NCBI RefSeq assembly: GCF_001194135.2
Contig: NC_069000.1
Location: forward strand, 45,932,134-45,996,133
Length of the DNA stretch: 64,000 nt
Reading direction: 5' to 3'
Origin: Octopus bimaculoides
Taxonomy: Eukaryota
Positions 28,001 through 40,000 of the stretch are shown piece after piece. A model generated the notes under the pieces. It was not told where the DNA came from. It did no database searches and worked only from the letters and a program-made list of their open reading frames with translations. Positions within the stretch are counted from its first letter, which is position 1. Each line of letters starts with the position of its first letter. Made by a program: the position numbers and the translations under genes.

Positions 28001-31000
28001 TCATTATTTCGTCCCTTAGCTAATACCTAAGAATACAAACTTTTAGTACATTTTTTGGCGATCTCTTTAACAATTTCTTTCACTTGCTTCCTGGGAATGA
28101 TCTGATTCTCATCATTTAACGTCTATTTTCCGTGCTGGCATGGGTTAGACGGTTTGACTGGAGCTGTTAAAATGGAGAGCTGTACCTGGCTCTAGTCTGT
28201 TTTGGCCTAGGTTTTAGGGCTGGATGCCCTTCCTTATGCCAACCACCCCAGAGTGTATACTGTGTGTCTTTTACATGTCCCCGGCACTGGCCATGACCAT
28301 GGCTTCACTTAGCTTGATGTGTGTTCTCCTGCACAGCAAATCGCTAGAAGTCTTGGTCATGTGAGACTCAACAATTGAAGATCATTTTTCACCACCACAT
28401 CCTGTCTTCCTGGGTCTACCTCTTCCACAGGTTCCCTCCACAATTTGCAGCTGCCCTCATCCACACACATTCTGTTTTGCATATTTGTGTGTGTGTGTGT
28501 GTGTGTGTGTGACTGTATGTGAATGAGATATTAAAGCATGTCTGTATTTATTGCTGTCATTCTAGATATATGCATATCAACAAGACCGAGACGAAAAAGA
28601 GACGTGAAGATTCGAAAAAACTCCGTGAACAACTGCAAACCTTGCAAGCAAAATTAGACACGTGAGTTCATCTCTCTCCTCTCTCTCTCTTCAAAAGAAA
28701 TGAATCGACCCTAGGGTCGATTCATTTGACTAAAAATTCTTGAAGGCGGTGCCCCAGCCTGGTCACAGTCACCTGTCAAAGACACTGCTCTGCTGCTACC
28801 CTGAGTAATCAACCGGTCATTGTGAGTCTTTGATTGAACATTTGTGACTCTTTGTGTTCTTGATACTCAAACTTTCTGATGTTATTTTTTCAGCTTTATT
28901 AATTATGGGTCTGGAAGGAAGAGGGTCCCTCTGCAAGATGTCTTGCAGTATGCTTTAGAATTTGCTGAGAGTAAGAGAGGCTGTGATGATACTCCTGTTA
29001 AAGACAACAGTGGCTTCAACGATGTTGAAATGGTGTCTCCGAAACCATCAACGTCTGGGTAAGTGGTTTGTCATTCTTCAGTAGAAGATTCAATTGATTG
29101 GGTTTCATTCAAACAGAATAGATTTTGTGTGTGCAGGGAATATAGCTCTATGAACGTCAAGCGGCAACTCCGCAATTCACTTTCTAACAGTTTTTCTTAA
29201 TCAATTTTCTAATTTTTATTTTTTCTGTTTTTCACTTATTTTGTTTGTTTTCAAATGAACGTAATTCCTTCCATGTGTTAATTGAGGTAATAGCAGAGAG
29301 ATGATTAGTTGCCGACAGTCATTGCAGAGTGAAAATTTAGCCTGTATTGGTTTGTTTTCATCTCTTAGGTAGGGCTTTGGAATAAATAACAGATTATGGT
29401 TTAGTAACAAATAGCAGATAGATAAAAAGGTGTAGATTAGTGGTCTAGAATAAATAGCTGGGAGATAAGAGTTGTTTGTAGATTAAGTAGGAGATATATA
29501 AGAATTGTTTGGTTTAGAATAGTGGCTGGATTAAAGGATCATGTGGTCTAGAAGATAAGATAGATTAAAGTGTTGTTTGATTTAAAATAAATAGGAAATA
29601 GATTGGGGCTTTTCAAATAAGTTCTGTTTGATTTAACAGATTTGGCATTGACCTTAGCCAGAAAATCCTCATCATTAAATATAAATATATAGTTGTAATG
29701 TTTTGTTTCTTTTTTTTTTTGTTTTTTCTCTTTCCCTGTTGTTCCAGCAGTGTTGGTTCTGAGACCCTAGATCAAGCATCTCCTCATATTAATTCACCTC
29801 CAGTCAGTCCTATGTTGACCATCAAAGTACCTAACCCAGCCCCTAAAAATATATCTGACAGTGAGCTTCAAGTTCTGCAGGATTGTCTATGTCGGTGGCG
29901 AACTGAAGTAGAGAATGAAGTAAGAGGTGCGTATATGCAAAACTGCTCAGTTTTAATTAGTTCTTTAATTATTTTCACTTAGCACCATAATAATGGCATA
30001 CTCAGGTTTTTTTTCTCATCTACTTCCCAAACTAGGAAATACTTTTTTATGATAGAGTGATGTAATATCCTCTGTGTGTGTGTGTGTGTGTGTATTAAAG
30101 AATAAAAGTGGTTAAGGCTGCAGACTTGTGATCATAGGGTCACAGTTTCAACTCCCAGACCAGGCGTTGTGTTTATTGAGCAAAAGCCCCTAGAGCTCCA
30201 CAAGGCTCTGGCAGCGGGTGGTGGCCAACCCTGCTGTACTCTTTCACCAAAACTTACTCTCCCTCTTTCTTCCTGTTTCTGTTGTACCTGTATTTGTCAC
30301 ACTGAATCTCCCTGAGAACTACATTAAGGGTACATGTGTCTGTGGAATGCTCAGCCACTTGCATGTTAATTTCATGAGCAGGCTGTTCTGGTCACAGTTA
30401 CTGTTTATCTAGTGAGAAAAGTTACAAGTTCAAATCTTACTGCAGGCATTGTGTTGTGACAATTGTGGGGCAAAAAACATTACTTACTACTCTGTTTGTC
30501 TCAGTTTGCCTGACTGACGGAATGTTCCATCCTAGTGTCCCAGCATTTTTGAGAACCTTATGAAGGCAAGGTATTGGGTGGTAGTGGTAGGGGTTTATAA
30601 CAGTACCAATGTGCTAATATGTTGTTGTTTGTTTTCTAGAACTGCAAGAAAATATAAGTATTTTGGAGAGCAAAATCAACGAAATGTACAGTGATGCTGG
30701 CATGCAGAAGGTATGGCATACTTTGTATTGGGATAAATAAATGTAACAGTAGTAGTAGTAGTAGTAGTAGTAATGGGATTAAATTATGTGGTAATATAGT
30801 GTCATAGTATAACTATCTTATCATTTAATGTCCGCTTTCTTTGCTGTCATGGGTTGGACAGTTTGACCGAAAACTTGTGGGTGGATGGGTGGGAGTGGGG
30901 CTACACCCGGTTCTGATCTGATTAGGCAAGGTTTCTATGGCTGGATGCCCTTCCTAATGCCGGCCACTTTGAGAGTGTAGTGGGTATTTTTTATGTGCCA

Positions 31001-34000
31001 CCGGCACGAGTGCCATAAACTACATTTTTTAACAGCCTTTGTTAATTACCATGTAATTAATTCTACAATGAGAACATGTGTAGAATTCCTTTAGGTAATA
31101 ATTAAATTATGTAGTAATTGGAATGATAGCAACATGTGCAGAACTAATTATTGTGGTAAGTACAACTTAGATCTTATCCGTTTTAGTAAGTTCATTTGTA
31201 ACATATGATGGATTAAATTTACGTGTTAATTACTTTTATAACAACATAATGTGGTAATTATAATTAAAGCAGGATGTAAATTTATGTAATTACATTTATA
31301 GCATCATATGTTAAATGAAAGTGCTAATTACTGTCGTAACAACATATGTAGAACTAATTAAGGTATTAATTACAATCATAACACATACAGACTTAATCAA
31401 TTTATTAACATGGTAATTAGCTTACCCTTTTAACATTTAACCTGGCCTTATCCAGTCCAAATATTCTACATGTTCAAACCAGTGAGATCTGGCCTCTCTC
31501 ACCTACTCTACAAAGTCATTCTGAAAATGATCACATCATTACTTTCAAAGATACAAGAAAGTGCAAAATTAATTCAAAACAATTTGAATAAATAAGCATT
31601 ACATTTAACAAAGTAATCTGGGTGCTTAAAAGGTTAATGAATATTTTTCATATAGACTAAGAAATTAGACCTAGACTAAAAAATGTGGGATTGAATCAGG
31701 AACTGACTTTTTTTCACATGCTTACACACACATACACACAAAACTCACTTGATGTTTTTTATGTTCTGTTAAAGTATCCCTACCATTTGCATGCTGTCCT
31801 TGTCCATGAGGGCCAAACAGCATCTGGTCACTACTGGGCTTACATCTTTGACTTGAAGAAACAGCGCTGGCTGAAGTTTAATGACATAACCGTGAGTGAA
31901 GCAACTTGGGAGGAGTTGGAGAAAGAGAGTGTTGGTGGCTACCACAATGCCACGGCTTACTGTCTCATTTACATTGACCAAAACCGAGCTGATATGCAAA
32001 CAGGTAAATTTTTGTGGATCTTCATTTCTAATTCTTCATTCTCTTCTCACTCTTTTCTTGCATTCAGTAATGGTCAGTTTGTATGTTTGAATAGCAGTGT
32101 TTGGAAGGACATCCAGTCACAGACAACATGCCAGAGTTGACACTGGAGCTTGTCGCAGCCCTACAACTTGCTGGATACTGTCAGGCCATTCAACCTATGC
32201 CAGCATGGCAAACAGACAGTGAATGGTGGTGAATAATGGCAAAGTTGTTTGTGTGTTTGATAGAATGTCTTGAGGTATTTGATACGGTTCTGGGCATTCT
32301 GAATTCAAATCGCACCAGGGAGGTCAACTTTGCTTTTCATCCTTTCAAGGTTGACAAAATGCCAATATAGGGCTGTGGATTGGCAGAAACTGTTCTAGCA
32401 TTGGTAGGGGATACCTTCTGGCCCTTTGCAATAACTGCAAGGACACCACTGCCAGAATGCACGAGCCTTGCCTTTGTTATTACTTGATAGGTGAGGGAAA
32501 GGGGTAACTGGGGGTCTTTCACTGAAAAAAACTTTGAAAACTTTGCCTGGGCCTTGTAGGGGCCTTTTTCAAGAGTGTAGCCATCATCTTGTAAGGCATA
32601 TAATGACCAAAATGGAGAGGAGTACACACACACTTCTAAAGTAATTCATTTTACCACTATCTGTTCTTTTCTATGAAGTAGAAAAGGCATCCATTCTTGG
32701 CAATGAAACCAAATGACTCGTGGAAGCATCAGTCTGTAGGAGCAACAGCTCCCAATAAGAAATGACTTGAACTGTGACAAACCCTCTAACCCCTGCTGGC
32801 CTGGAAAGCAGATGTAAAATGCTTCTGCTGACTTATATGTTCACTATTCTTATCAACTTAAACTCTGAGTAGCCACTGTACTCCATTTACTGACATGGTA
32901 ATTATTTCCATAAGTCTTTGGCATCATTGAGTGAAAGTAGCTGATATAAATCTCTCCAACTTCAGTTTTAGCTCTACCCTGGTTCTGTTTCTGAGTCGTA
33001 ACTCCAAGGTCGTCCCAAAGAATTTTCTCTCGTTATCTAACTTCCTGGTTACACTAAACTGCTCCATATTTGTTCTGTCATCTCTGCACCTTTGTCTCTT
33101 CTCAGTTAACGAGGACATGGCATCACCAATCTCACAGTTACCACCCTATCTCCAGCAGCTTGTTACTGAGGACAACCGAAAGTTTATGAAAGAAATTGAA
33201 GACTGGGACCGAGAGCAAATGAAGAAGATTGCCGCCTCGGCAGCAGCGGCAGCCTCTGCTGTCGGGGATCAAGATATCAATCCAGTTTCAAAAAGTAAAA
33301 ATAGTGAGCATTATAGCCTTGTGTTGAATCGGATTGTAGCCTTGTGTTGACTTGTGTTGAATTATGTTTAAATTGAATTTGAAATGTCTTCTCTTTCTAG
33401 CACATTTAAAATGTAGAGGGGGGAAAAGTAGATGGGTCGACTACCATGTGGACATTGTAAGCATGGGGGTGAAATCGGCAGACTGTGGGGTGGATAAATA
33501 GACGGACTTATTGAGACAAGCAGATGATTATGTGGACAGGTGTTTGGTTGATTTGTACATGGGTTGTTGCGTGTGTGGGTGGGGGAGCAGGCTGTTGCAA
33601 GTGCAGGTGAGTAGAGTGGCAGGATGCATGTGTGGGCAGGGACAGAGGCCGTTGTGTGGATGTAGAGGCACTTATGTATGTAGTCAATTGGACAAACTTT
33701 TTGGATGACAGACACTGGTATGTAAACAGGTAGTGTTAAGTATTGTTTTCTCTTTGAAAAGAAGGTTTACAGTGGATCTAGTTTGTAATGTTAATGATGC
33801 TTCATGGTGGTACACTAACACAGCTAACACCTGAGGTCCATCTACTTTTGTTAGGATTGAGACAATTTTTTTTTACATGTTCTGATGTAAATCTATTTTG
33901 TCTGTCAGGTCAGAATGTAAGTACCCAAACACAACAGCAACAACAGCAACCACAACAACAGCCACCACCGCCACAACCACCAGTACAAAGCCAGATGCAG

Positions 34001-37000
34001 TCTTTTGCCAAAAGAACGTCTCCGTTATCTGAAGTTCATGCTCAGTTGTCATTTCAACACACAATCAAAGCTCTTACTGCTGCTATGGAGGGAGAGGTGT
34101 TTGTAAAGAAAGGTGCTAATGCTGCCCTGAATGAGGTAATCCTCTCCTGTCACTCATTCCTCATCTACTTACAACTATTGTGTTTGTTAACCCCTTTCAC
34201 AGACCCCCACCCCCGCCGTCTAGCAAGCAGTGTTACTACTGTTGTATGTCTCGCTATTAAAACTGTAAACCCAGTGGTCAGTTTATTAATCCTCTTATAG
34301 TTATAGCTTCCATATGTCTCTATCTGGCAATGTTACAGCCTTATCTGTCTTGTATAAAGAAGAGCGGTTTAGTTTGCTTGAAGCATTGTAGTGCAGTAGT
34401 AGAATAATGAACGAAATGAGAAATAAAGAAAGCTTCTAACAATACAGAAAGTGTAAATAGAAAGTTGTTGACAGCCATCGACCACCTTTGCCGACGACTT
34501 CTACAGGAACATACACCACCAACGCCATAGTGTGTGGACTGAATTCCCTCTTTATAAGGCTGTTGGTATATATAAGTCCTTGTTAGGTAATGGCTTTTAA
34601 TTTGGATGGTTAAAGTTGTGATGTCACCTTGGTGTAGTCATTAGCATAACTATGGGATTTACCACAGATACAAGGATTGATTTTTGCAGCAAATGTTACA
34701 ACTTTTTTCCCCCATCTTTCTTTTTGATGCATCCTGTAGAATGGTAGTAATATGGGGGAGGGGGCTGAATTTGGGAGAATATGCAAAACCTTGTGGGGTG
34801 GGGAGGAAGCAATCACATGGCTGGATATGTAACGTCTACATTTATGAGCAATGGAGCTGAGAGAAAACAGGCAGTTTGGAGGTATCAGCTACTGTGTGTG
34901 TGCCAGAGCAAAGACTGCATAAGTATAGTGATGTGATGAGTTTGAAGAATGGTAGGTGGATGAAGAAGTGTCAAATGATGCGGATGGTTCGAAGTAGCCA
35001 GAAGAAGAACAGAGAAAAGGTGGATAGATGCTTGGCTTCATAAAGGAGATGATGAAGGACTGTGATAAGGTGGAAAATGATGTTGGAAATGGACCAATTC
35101 AAATCATGCCAGCTCTAAAAAGCTGCCAATGATCATATATTTATTTAGATCTGTCTTTACTGCAAATCCTATTGTCAGTGTAGGAACCCTATCACAAGTA
35201 TTCCTGTTAATCCAGTAATAACCCTTATTATATATATATAATTACTCTTCCTCTAAACTTAGTCAATATGTCTGTTGGCTATAATGAAACGGTTACTTTT
35301 AAGTAATACATAATAGCACTTTCCATAGTTTTCTTCCCCATATCTGAAGACTTGGACGATGTTAAGTTTGTCACAGGACATCTTGTTTGTCTTTGGTAAC
35401 TTTTGTTAAAATACCTGTCAACCTAGCTGACACCAGCTACATTTAATGACTTTAAATAATGTTGCTAGTAACTTGAAGAACAGCACATGTTCCCCAATGC
35501 CAACATCTTTGATGCTGTTTTCAACCTTTCCATTGTTCACCTCGATATAAATTGTATTTGTTTCTTTTATGTAGGCTATTGACAAAGAACTTGAAAGATT
35601 AAAATCTCTTGCGAAGACTGTCCATGATGATGTTTTACCCCGTCAGGACCCACGCCTTGACCATATTCTGGTCTACCTCTTCGATAACAATGCAAATTAT
35701 AATGTGATAAAACGAGTGTTATTGGAACAGTTTTCTAATCTTTCAATCTTGGATCGAGATCCTCGGTGAGTCTTGTTTTTTGGTAGATTTATCTATGTGG
35801 TGTGATTTTGATGTACTTGACTCAATAGGTCTCCTCAAGCATGGCATGTCACCCTATAATCCAAGGTACTTTTGTAGACAAAATGCTTTTCGGGTGTTCC
35901 AGCATTTTATGTTGTGTGTTCAGATCTTTATCTTCCTGGGGTCAATAAAATAATCAGTTGAATACTGTAGATTGATTTAATCACTTAATGTTAGTTATTT
36001 CCCCTGTTTATTCAAGGAAGAGGCTCAGGCTGAGAGTCCCTTAGTGGCAGATGGATGAGAGTGTTGACCCCAATGATCCTATTGTTCTTTCAAGAAATAA
36101 ACACACACACGCCAAGTATAAGCTGTGAAATGATCAAAACAATGCCATACATTGTTGCTAATTGTTTCTGTTTGTTTGTCAGAGCCAAGAAAATCCGACA
36201 AGAAGCATTCAAATGTGAAGAAGAAATTCAACAACAAATGGGCAAACATGGGAGCAGAGAATATATGGTAAATTGATTGATTGATTATTAAGGATGGAAG
36301 AAACTAGAGTGACTGTGTTATTGTGTGCTAGTTCTTATATTGAATACACATCCAGCCAGTTCGGTTATGGAGGATGTTGATGATATATAGAAGAGAAACT
36401 CTATTGGGACATAAATACTTATTTTTAGGGATTAGCAAATTTATTGAATTAAATAAATTCCCAGTATATGACTGCTATCTATTTTCTCACTGAATGAGAA
36501 AACAGCTCTCTGTCCATGTCTAAAAATAAAAAAGCAAAAAAAAAAACAGATTATCTTGTGCAGTTGTTTATTATCCATATTTTCTTATGATACCCCATCC
36601 AACACCCCCCCTTTTTTTTTTAGATATTTGCATGGAGTAGTACCCCACCCATGTTAAATTTTTAGGAAAATTACCAAAGAGTAGGAGATGACTTACATAA
36701 CAGAATTGTATGAACCTCGACACATTATTATTATTAGTTTCTGTTCAAATTGGGCCTTATTCGTACATTAATCCCAACAAATTTGTTTTTGTATATAAAA
36801 TGTCTTTTAGTAAGTTAGAATATTTTATTCCTAAGAAATATCACATGACTACCAAACGTCCAGTGATCACCTTAGACTTCGACACGTCTAGAAGCTGGTG
36901 TTACTGCTCAGATTAAGGATCAGTAATTTAGATTAATGACTAGCTGCCTTCAGTTACTTGAGCATGGATTACACCAACTTTCTGTTAAGCATTGATTATC

Positions 37001-40000
37001 TCCCTTTTTACCATTTTCACACAACGTGGAATGACTGGTAATATTTTAAGGAATCTTATGATACCAATCAAAGGCACAATTAGTATTGGTATCTTTTCTC
37101 TTTTTGCTTCAACTCCACACTTAACACAGTGTATTGAGTACATTGTATTGTGACACTTGCACTAGAGGGGAGAGTGTTATTGACTGATAACTAATAGCTA
37201 AGTAGGGTTGTAGATATTCTCTTTCTTCTAAACCATTGTTAGACATTCTTAAAGAAGCTATTCTCTGTGCTTGTCATGGTTTCTGTTCTGTTTTACAGGT
37301 ATGGCATCAACGCTATCATCAATTCCGCTGTGTTGTACATAACTTCATTAAAGGTGTCAAATTGTATCACGAAAATACGTAAGCCACTCTCTCCTCATTT
37401 ACTTCTGTTTGTTCAACATCCATTGTTCCATTCCATCATACAATGAATGAATGATGTTATTGAGACCCTTTTTAATTTTTAAGGCTGGATGCACTTCCTG
37501 TCCTTAATCCTTATTTGTTTTCTTTCCACTTGATTTTCAAGCACTAAGCAAAACAGGATGGTTTGCTAATGTCAACATAAGTTGTTTTTTTTTTTTTCTT
37601 TGCTCAAATGATTTCATATGAAGATGCAAGTCTGGTGCCACATAAAAAAAAAAAGCATCTATGCACTCTGTAAAGTGGTTGACATTAAAAAGCACATCCA
37701 ACTATAGAGACCATGCCAAGAGAGCCTAGTATGGTTTCCAGCCTTACCAGCTCTTGTCAAGCCATCCATCCTTTGCCATCATGGATGATGATGAGGAGGC
37801 TGTGTTAAATCCATCATTTGTGTGTATTTGTAATCTGCAGCGGGTGTTGTTTCAAACAGTCAGGTACCCAACCTAAATATACATAACTATTTGACTTTCC
37901 ACTTTCTGGCAGCAGAGCAAAATGGGGTAGATTCAGTTTCACAATTTTTGCCAAATATATTATTATTAATGCAGTGAGCTGGCTGAATTGTGAGCACACT
38001 GGTCAAAATCCTTATGTTCTGAGTTCAAATTCTGCTGAGGTCAATTTTGCCTTTTGTCTTTTTGGGGTTCAATAACAAACTACCAGTTGAATACTGAAGT
38101 CAAAGTAATAGACTATCCCTCACCCCCCAGAATTTCAGGCCTTGTGCTAATATTTGAAACCACTGTTATTATTAGGGTGGTTATTATTATGCTGGTGGGG
38201 GTTAGTGTAATTGGCTATCCCTGCTTCCAAAATTTGGGGCTATGTCCCCATATAAGGAAGTTGTATTAGCAGAATCCTTAGCATATCAAAAGAGATCCTG
38301 CTAACCATTCCTTCTGGCTCCTTAGGTTTGTAGTTCAAATCCTGCCACGACTAACTTTTCATCCTTTGAAGCTTGATAAAGTACCAGACAAGTACTGGAA
38401 TCTGTATATTTCACTTCTCCTTACTCTTAAAATCGCTGATTTGATATCGAAATTTAAAAGAATTGTCATCATTATTTCTGTCGTCATCATTATTATTATT
38501 GTTGTTGTCTTTCAGTTTTCAGTCAGCGTTAAACTTCCTACGAAATGCTTACCTTCTAAATAAACATTTGCATAAGTTGTCACCTGATGGAGTGAAAGGC
38601 TTGAATGATGACCTATTGAAGTGTTACAGGAGAAAATGCTTATTGGTAAGTATCTCTGTGTTGTTGTTGGGTTTTACAGATCTGTATTTTTGTCTTTTGT
38701 AACACTTTGAGGGCGAAAGAGAGAGAGAGCTGCACCAGCTCTCAGCTTGTATTCAATTTAAGTAGACTGGAGTAAAATGAAGTACTTTGATCAAAGGCAC
38801 AATGTGCAGTCTAGGAATGGGGGCCAACACCCTGACCACTAGGCTGCTTCACTTGTTACAAAGGGCTGTGATTTAACAAAAGTAATCGCTTATATATTGA
38901 GTTATTTCCCCTTACATTAACATTACTTCCAACAGACTCACAGTTGAGCATCCTTGGCATTTTTAATAAAATACTTCTCCCTCCAGGTTTAATTTATTGA
39001 GATGCTGTATGAGTTTCTATCTTCATTACACTACATTATTGTTTCAGCAGCTTAATCTAATACATGAATTTATTTTTCTGCTATCATGGGGTGGACAAGG
39101 ACTTACTGGTTCTTCTTCACAAACTTTCATGTGATGGTGCAGAATGTAAACATTCACACGACCTGGTTGCATGCAAATATGTGTGTGTGTGTGTTAGTCA
39201 CACACACACACGCACACGCACGCGCACGCGCACGCACACGCACACGTGAAGGCATGTGACCTAGTGTTAGGATTGTTGCATTCAATCACAAGGTCATGGT
39301 TTCGATTCTCAGATCAGCTGTAAGTTGTGTTCTTGAGTAAAACACTTCATTTCACCTGTGCCCCTGTCCACTCAGCTGTAAGTGGGTGGCTCTGCAGCAG
39401 ACTTGTCTTCTGGTCAGGGGTGAGTGTCGGCCTGCTCACCTAGCCAGCAGGGTGGGGCATCATTTGAAGGCTAAAACAATGCCAGGCACTTTGTGGCCAG
39501 AGGTGTATAACAACATCTGATAATTTGATCGTTCACACGACATCAATGTCTATGAACAGGTGTCCATTCAGTCTGTCCGCCAATTCCACTAGGAAGGCAT
39601 TGGCTAATTCATGGCTATAGAAGACACTTGGCCACCTTCTCATACCCTGAGATGGAACTCAAAACCTGTTACAAAGTGAATTTGCATCCACACACCCATT
39701 TCTGCCTCTTATGTAATTAGATGATCTTTAATAATTTAGAACATCACAATTCTGACCTACATCTTATTGAATATTAATTTTAACCCTTTAGCATTTAAAC
39801 CACCCATATCTGGTTCAAATATTGTTTTATGTGAAAACTACTGAGATCCAGCCTCTCATGCTAACCCTACAATTTCGTTCTAGAAACAAGCAGTTGCATA
39901 AATGAAGTCTTTGAGTGCCACATGAAAAGCTGCCAGTACACCCTGTAAAGTAGTTGGTGTTAAGAAGGGCATCCAACTGTGGAAGCCATACCAAAACAGA

